Assembly (NCBI GenBank): GCA_023420435.1
Contig: JAEZWE010000084.1
Span: 1 to 38,022 of the forward strand
Direction of reading: 5' to 3'
Length of the DNA stretch: 38,022 nucleotides
Source of the DNA: Bacteroidota bacterium
GTDB taxonomy: Bacteria > Bacteroidota > Bacteroidia > Flavobacteriales > Weeksellaceae
Numbering within the stretch: position 1 is the first letter of the stretch; each line of letters starts with the position of its first letter. Made by a program: the position numbers and the translations under genes. Below the pieces are notes generated by a model that saw only the letters and a program-made list of their open reading frames with translations, searched no databases and was not told where the DNA came from. Shown one piece after another: positions 32,960 through 38,022 of the stretch.

Positions 32960-35746
32960 TTAAAATCTTAAATAAACATTAGCGAAGAAAGTTCTACCTC
33001 TATCATACCAAAGTTTTGGTCCGAAATAAGGGTATTTTCTGTTAGCATCCATAATAGCTTCAGGGAAGTTGGCATTTCTACCTTGTTCAAAACCACCGGT
33101 AACATAATCTCTGTTATTCAGGATATTGTTTACACTAAAGCTAATTCCTGCTCTGTATTTTCCGAAAAGGAAAGATTTTCCGACATTGGCATTCAACATA
33201 AACTGGTCTTCAAATTTTTGTTGAGCGGTTAATCTTTCAATATCTTCAGCGGTTACTCCAGGATAATTATCTCCTGTTGTTGGATCTGTATATAACGCTG
33301 CTGTTTTATTAAGCGCAGAAAAGTCCAAATATTGATCTTGAAGATAATTAGCAGAAGCACCAATCCACCAATATTTTGGAGAATTGTATCTTAAACCTGC
33401 AGAATACGCTTTTTGAGGAGTTCCTGCAATTTTATATCCTTTAATGTTGGCTTTACCCCATTCATTAGAACTACGATAACCGAAATCGTCATCAAAAGTG
33501 CTTACATTTGGGGTATTGGTAATTTTATAATCACCAATACTTGCTACTGCATTTGCGGTAAGAGTTGGTGTAATTTTTACTTCTGTTCCTAATTCTATCC
33601 CTTTATATTCTTTATCTACACCGCTTAAAATTTCTGCAATTAAAGCATTTCCGCCACTGTCTGTTCCGGAAGTTATATCAGCATAATATCTGCTAACTTC
33701 TGTTGCATTATTAATGGTGGTATAATAAGCTCCCAATCTGATTTTCAAAATCTGACCTCTCAAAATATAACTTAAATCGTTAGAATTGATGATCTGGTTC
33801 TGAACACTTGGCGTAATCATATTGGTTACTCTTGGGCTGATGAAAATTTCATTCAAAGTTGGCGCAAGACTGAAAAACGCTCCGTTGTATACGATAAAGT
33901 TTTTACCGTTGATTTTATAGGTAATTCTTCCTTTCAACCCAGCATCAAAAGCGTCAAAAAGTTCACTTTTACCTTTAGAATTATAAATTGCATGGTTGAA
34001 TTTTCCTTCTCTTTGAGATTCTGAATAAGAAGAAAAAACAGACGCCATGAAATTCCATTTTGGAAGATCAACTTCCGAAGAAACATTCATTGAATACATA
34101 TTTCTTAGTAAGTCGTAAGAATATTGTGTTCTGTCTCCAACTTGCAGTTTTCTGTTAGGATTGTCGATATCATTAGGTGCATCATAATTAAATGCATTAA
34201 GATCATTGGCATAATCCGCTCCTAAAAGATCTACGATTTCACGGAAATTATCCGATTTCAAATTTTGAAAATTGAAATTCAAGTTCAACTTCCAGTTACT
34301 TGCTAATTTGGTATCGAAATGAGAAGCAAAATTTAAAGTTTTATCTTTATTAACGTCTGCAACTACAGTATAACGAGCACCTATTTCTTTATTTTGATAG
34401 TTGGCGTCGTAAAGTGACATCCAATTGATTTGACTGGTATTAGGATCAGTTCTCCATTGGTTTACATAAGCGTCGTACTGAGCTTGTTCAGCATCAGTAA
34501 TAGTTGCTCCTCCATCAGATGTGGTATCCAAAAAGTCATTATATAAATAACCTGGCATTTTTCTGTAATAGGTTGGTTTTGGATCTGCGGCATGAAACCA
34601 ATCCAATCTGCTTCTACTGTCTTTTCCAACTTGGTAAGATAAAGTATTGGTCCAGTTAGAGGTTTTTCCTAATTTCAAATAATCGGTGATCATGAAAATC
34701 GGTTCAAAAACTTTTCTAATTCTTGAATTCCTTTTTTCACCATCTTGCCAACCCCAATATTCGTTGTAGTTTTTACCCATTAAATCAAAAGTTTCCTGAG
34801 TATTTGGAGAATTACCTGCTCTGTAAGTTGGGGCTCCAAAAGCAGTAAGGTTTATGGCATGTCTGTCGCTAAATTGCTTTTCAATAGCACCAAAATAAGC
34901 GTAAGAATCTTGATAAGTACCATCAATTACACCATCATCGGCCCATCTTCTGCTTCCAGAAAATGTGAAAGCCCAACCATTTTTCGTTAAACCGGAAGAA
35001 TACGTTGCCATTGCTCTATGGAAATAACTTCTGTTTGTAAAAGAATATGCAAGAGAAGTCTGTTTTCTGTAGCTGGAAGCTCTTGTGTTATAATAAACTA
35101 CACCTCCCAAATTTCCAAAAGTGTATTCTGAAGGAGTAATATTATCGACATTTTCATAAGGATATCTGGTAACATCATTCAAACCTCCCCAGTTACTAAA
35201 ATCGACCTTTCCGTCATCGTTTTTAGACATAGGAACTCCATTAAAAAGAATATCTTCAAATCTGTTTTCTACCCCTCTTGGACGGAACCAATAAGCCCCA
35301 AGCTCAAAAGCAGAAACATTTTGAAAAACATCTCTTCCAGAACTTAATAAACCTACTGTAGGCTGCATTGCAGATCCTCCTTCGTCAATATCTCCTGCAG
35401 AATCGTCAATCACAATAACGCCGGCATCAGAAATGGCCACACCCAACTGAATAATTCCTAAGTCCTTTCTTTTTTCACCTTCCAAAACATCAAATTCCAC
35501 CGTTTTAGATTCGAAATTTGGCTTTGCAATAGTAATTTGATAATGTCCTGGCATTAAATCGACAAATTGAAAATATCCAATTTTGTCCGCAGTAACATCC
35601 TTAACCGATTGTGCTAAATCTACTTCAGCACTTTCAACCGGTTTCCCTTGTAAATCTTGAACATACGCATACACTGTTGTCTGAGCATAATAAAACGATG
35701 CTGGCAACAAAGTAAATAACGAGATGAGAGATAGTTTTCTTATCAT
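32960..35746 (-). CDS. TonB-dependent transporter with N-terminal carboxypeptidase-regulatory-like domain
   Basis: 928 aa. Signal peptide; CarboxypepD_reg-like YAYVQDLQGKPVESAEVDL...GYFQFVDLMPGHYQITIAKPNF; plug (NWGGLNDV); long barrel; terminal ...NVYLRF. The lipoprotein gene follows after 19 nt. Confidence 0.9.
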   Translation of the reverse strand: MIRKLSLISLFTLLPASFYYAQTTVYAYVQDLQGKPVESAEVDLAQSVKDVTADKIGYFQFVDLMPGHYQITIAKPNFESKTVEFDVLEGEKRKDLGIIQLGVAISDAGVIVIDDSAGDIDEGGSAMQPTVGLLSSGRDVFQNVSAFELGAYWFRPRGVENRFEDILFNGVPMSKNDDGKVDFSNWGGLNDVTRYPYENVDNITPSEYTFGNLGGVVYYNTRASSYRKQTSLAYSFTNRSYFHRAMATYSSGLTKNGWAFTFSGSRRWADDGVIDGTYQDSYAYFGAIEKQFSDRHAINLTAFGAPTYRAGNSPNTQETFDLMGKNYNEYWGWQDGEKRNSRIRKVFEPIFMITDYLKLGKTSNWTNTLSYQVGKDSRSRLDWFHAADPKPTYYRKMPGYLYNDFLDTTSDGGATITDAEQAQYDAYVNQWRTDPNTSQINWMSLYDANYQNKEIGARYTVVADVNKDKTLNFASHFDTKLASNWKLNLNFNFQNLKSDNFREIVDLLGADYANDLNAFNYDAPNDIDNPNRKLQVGDRTQYSYDLLRNMYSMNVSSEVDLPKWNFMASVFSSYSESQREGKFNHAIYNSKGKSELFDAFDAGLKGRITYKINGKNFIVYNGAFFSLAPTLNEIFISPRVTNMITPSVQNQIINSNDLSYILRGQILKIRLGAYYTTINNATEVSRYYADITSGTDSGGNALIAEILSGVDKEYKGIELGTEVKITPTLTANAVASIGDYKITNTPNVSTFDDDFGYRSSNEWGKANIKGYKIAGTPQKAYSAGLRYNSPKYWWIGASANYLQDQYLDFSALNKTAALYTDPTTGDNYPGVTAEDIERLTAQQKFEDQFMLNANVGKSFLFGKYRAGISFSVNNILNNRDYVTGGFEQGRNANFPEAIMDANRKYPYFGPKLWYDRGRTFFANVYLRF

Positions 35747-35788
35747 AACTTAAAATTTTTCCCTTTTTTATGAAAATATTTGGGGCGA

Positions 35789-35796
35789 CAAATTTA
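35789..35796 (-). promoter_or_regulatory. candidate -7 box TAAATTTG for the TBDT operon (second copy at 35800-35807)
   Basis: Reverse complement of caaattta; 42 nt upstream of ATG 35746. Two copies lie 11 nt apart. Confidence 0.3.
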
Positions 35797-35910
35797 AGTC
35801 AAATTTATGATAACTTAAACATTTTTAACAATTTAAAAATATAATTTTTGTCATTAAATTTTATTAACATTCAAAATAAATAATTAATAAAACATTTTTT
35901 CTTTTTTGGC

Positions 35911-35918
35911 ATATTTTT
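35911..35918 (+). promoter_or_regulatory. candidate -7 box TATTTTTG for the EEP gene
   Basis: 74 nt upstream of ATG 35993. Confidence 0.3.
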
Positions 35919-35992
35919 GATGAAAATAAGTATTAACAAAAAAAATCAGAAATTTGATTAATTTAGCAAACTCAAATCTTGAATATAAAACA

Positions 35993-37189
35993 ATGAAAAA
36001 AATTGTAATTCTTTCTTTTTTAATGATAATAAGCTGGACAACAGCACAGAAAACACAAGTTCGCCGCGCAACGGTCGCTTTTTTAAATGTTGAAAACCTT
36101 TGGGACACCATTCCTTCCGCGGATTATATTGATGGTACAAAAGATATCCATAACCCCGCTTATCACAGAAGTATCCCTTTAGACTCCGTAAAATATTTGG
36201 AAACTACTGAAGATTATAAAGGACCTTGGAGCGATGAACTTCTTACGGGTAAAAAAGTGATAAGATATCAAATTTTATCTGATGATTTCACCACCAAAAG
36301 TGTGAAAAATTGGAATACTCCAAAATATAAAATTAAATTGGCCAATGAAGCAAAAGTGATTTCTGAGCTTGGTCGACAATATACTAATGATAACCCTGCT
36401 ATCGTAGGTCTTATTGAGGTTGAAAACAGACAAGTAATCGAAGATCTTATTAAAGAACCCGTGCTTGCAAAAAGCAACTATGGAATTGTTCATTATAATT
36501 CTTTTGATGCCAGAGGAATTGACGTAGCCATTATTTACCAAAAAGGGCGTTTTTCACTAATTAATTCCTATAAAAAAGAAGTTAAAATTTTTGATGATGA
36601 AGGAAAAAGATCTTACACCAGAGATATTTTAGTAGCTATTGGTTACTTAGATGGTGAAAAAACCGCTATTTTTATGAATCACTGGCCATCCAGAAGTGGC
36701 GGTGAAGCGCGTTCTTTACCAAGACGTATTGCTGCAGCTACCGTTCTTAAAAATGAAATGGACAATATTTCTAAGGAAAATCCGGGAATAAAAATATTTT
36801 CAATGGGTGATTACAATGATGATCCGGTGAGCCCAAGTTTAAAAAAACATTTAGGCGCTGTAGAAAATCCATCAGATTTAAGTGATTCCTCACCTTATTA
36901 CAATTTGATGTGGAAACATTACAAAGCTGGAGTTGCTTCCTTAGCTTACAGAGATGCACCGAATCTTTTCGACCAAATTATTGTTTCGAAAAATTTATAT
37001 TCTTCAGAAAAACTTACCCCAACTTATACAGTTTATAAAACTGAAATTTATGCCCCTGAATATTTGAAAAATTCACAAGGACAATGGAAAGGCTATCCTT
37101 TGCGTTCTTGGGACGGAGATCGGTTTACCGGTGGTTACAGTGATCACTTTCCTGCGTTTTCGGTCGTTCAGAAAGTGTACACTAAATAA
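35993..37189 (+). CDS. secreted endonuclease/exonuclease/phosphatase (EEP)-fold hydrolase
   Basis: Start at ATG 35993 (MKKIVILSFLMIISWTTAQ signal peptide). EEP motifs VAFLNVENLWD (N-x-E), GLIEVEN, NHWPSRSGG, MGDYND, YSDHFP (catalytic His). Confidence 0.85.
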   Translation: MKKIVILSFLMIISWTTAQKTQVRRATVAFLNVENLWDTIPSADYIDGTKDIHNPAYHRSIPLDSVKYLETTEDYKGPWSDELLTGKKVIRYQILSDDFTTKSVKNWNTPKYKIKLANEAKVISELGRQYTNDNPAIVGLIEVENRQVIEDLIKEPVLAKSNYGIVHYNSFDARGIDVAIIYQKGRFSLINSYKKEVKIFDDEGKRSYTRDILVAIGYLDGEKTAIFMNHWPSRSGGEARSLPRRIAAATVLKNEMDNISKENPGIKIFSMGDYNDDPVSPSLKKHLGAVENPSDLSDSSPYYNLMWKHYKAGVASLAYRDAPNLFDQIIVSKNLYSSEKLTPTYTVYKTEIYAPEYLKNSQGQWKGYPLRSWDGDRFTGGYSDHFPAFSVVQKVYTK

Positions 37190-37190
37190 T

Positions 37191-37227
37191 AAAAAAAGGG
37201 TTCAGAAAATTTCTGAACCCTTTTTTT
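37191..37227. terminator. bidirectional rho-independent terminator between the convergent EEP and sodA genes
   Basis: aaaaaaagggttcaga / aaatt / tctgaacccttttttt: A-run and T-run on both sides. Confidence 0.8.
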
Positions 37228-37242
37228 ATTTTTCTTCTCGTA

Positions 37243-37839
37243 TTATTTGTTGAAAAGTTCTTCTACTTTATCCCAGTTAATCACCTCAAAAAAAGCAGTA
37301 ACATAATCCGGTCTTCTGTTTTGGTAATTTAGATAATAGGCATGTTCCCAAACATCTAAGCCTAAAACTGGGATTCCCTTACAATCAGAAACCGGCATTA
37401 AAGGATTATCTTGATTGGGCGTTGAACAAACCGCTACTGAACCATCTTCTTTTTTACATAACCAAGCCCAACCTGAACCAAATCTAGTTTTGGCTGCTTC
37501 TGCAAAATCATTCTTGAATTTCTCCATTCCTCCAAAAGCTTCAATTGCCGCTTTTACATTTCCTACAGGTGCTTTGCTTCCACCTGGAGTTAAAATTTCC
37601 CAGAAAAGTGAGTGATTGAAATGTCCTCCGCCATTATTTCTTACTGCAGGTTTGTCGGTTCCTGTTTTACAAATTTCTTCAATCGTTTTTCCTTCCAGGT
37701 CAGTTCCTTCTATTGCTTTGTTTAAATTGTCGATATATGCTTGGTGATGTTTTGAATGGTGAATTTCCATTGTTTTTGCATCAATTGTCGGTTCCAACGC
37801 ATCGTAAGCGTAGCCTAATTTTGGTAACTCAAATGCCAT
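37243..37839 (-). CDS. sodA: superoxide dismutase, Mn-type
   Basis: [27 protein letters not shown] (Gly at the Fe-type Gln position), STPNQDNP (Mn-type Gln), DVWEHAYYL. 198 aa. Confidence 0.95.
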   Translation of the reverse strand: MAFELPKLGYAYDALEPTIDAKTMEIHHSKHHQAYIDNLNKAIEGTDLEGKTIEEICKTGTDKPAVRNNGGGHFNHSLFWEILTPGGSKAPVGNVKAAIEAFGGMEKFKNDFAEAAKTRFGSGWAWLCKKEDGSVAVCSTPNQDNPLMPVSDCKGIPVLGLDVWEHAYYLNYQNRRPDYVTAFFEVINWDKVEELFNK

Positions 37840-37874
37840 AATTTAGATTTTTTAAATTTTTGATTTTTGTATTC

Positions 37875-37882
37875 CAAAGATA
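37875..37882 (-). promoter_or_regulatory. -7 box TATCTTTG for sodA
   Basis: Reverse complement of caaagata; 35 nt upstream of ATG 37839. Confidence 0.4.
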
Positions 37883-37950
37883 GTATTTCTTAAAAAATAA
37901 TGGATTACAATTTTTTTTAATTTTATTATAAAAAAGATAGACAAAAACAA

Positions 37951-37985
37951 AAAAACCGTACAAAAAGCACGGTTTTTAAATCTAT
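37951..37985 (-). terminator. hairpin plus T-run, probable terminator of a minus-strand gene beyond the right edge
   Basis: aaaaaccgt / acaaaaagc / acggttttt; on the minus strand it is followed by tttttttgtttttg. Confidence 0.45.
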
Positions 37986-38022
37986 TTTTTTAATTCTATC
38001 GATTCATGGACATCAAAAATTC

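Noticed and set aside
35884-36111. 75-aa minus-strand ORF spanning the TBDT/EEP divergent spacer.
   Set aside because: It overlaps the EEP start and signal peptide on the opposite strand, has a low-complexity AT-driven translation, and has no start context or promoter box.
1-38022. Scan for mobile elements, CRISPR arrays, tRNA/rRNA genes and defence systems.
   Set aside because: There are no direct-repeat/spacer arrays, no transposase, integrase or recombinase ORFs, and no long inverted terminal repeats. No intergenic segment is long and GC-rich enough for a tRNA. All large ORFs are accounted for by housekeeping, transport or envelope functions.

Overview
AT-rich chromosomal segment from a Bacteroidota genome, most likely a Flavobacteriales (Chryseobacterium/Weeksellaceae-like) organism. 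The taxon call rests on a T9SS type-B C-terminal sorting domain, an XrtF exosortase pair, no Shine-Dalgarno sequences, and many TAnnTTTG -7 promoter boxes. I support 34 protein-coding genes. Housekeeping genes: pth, mfd, dnaB, rnhA, nadB, nadC, asd, sodA and a partial beta-carbonic anhydrase. Envelope and transport genes: two TonB-dependent transporters, an SMR (SugE/Gdx-type) exporter, an MFS transporter, a CDF transporter, several lipoproteins and a large T9SS cargo protein. I found no rRNA, tRNA, CRISPR array, transposase, integrase or obvious prophage or defence genes. Family names (DUFxxxx, TIGR names, AmgK/MurU/RapZ) come from motif recognition by eye, not from searches. The most interesting content is: (1) a TonB-dependent transporter, an internally duplicated surface lipoprotein and a divergent secreted EEP-fold hydrolase, which looks like an uncharacterised outer-membrane capture and uptake system, possibly for nucleic acid or phosphoester; (2) a four-gene operon of AmgK-like kinase, stand-alone RapZ C-terminal domain, MurU-like uridylyltransferase and LOG-family protein; (3) an orphan XrtF exosortase pair; (4) three diverged tandem lipoproteins with YD-repeat-like motifs inserted between mfd and pth; (5) a recurrent TAnnTTTG-N4-ATG arrangement at six genes, which implies leaderless mRNAs. 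Gene starts were re-chosen where the ORF track began at an upstream TTG or GTG. All boundaries and functions are predictions.
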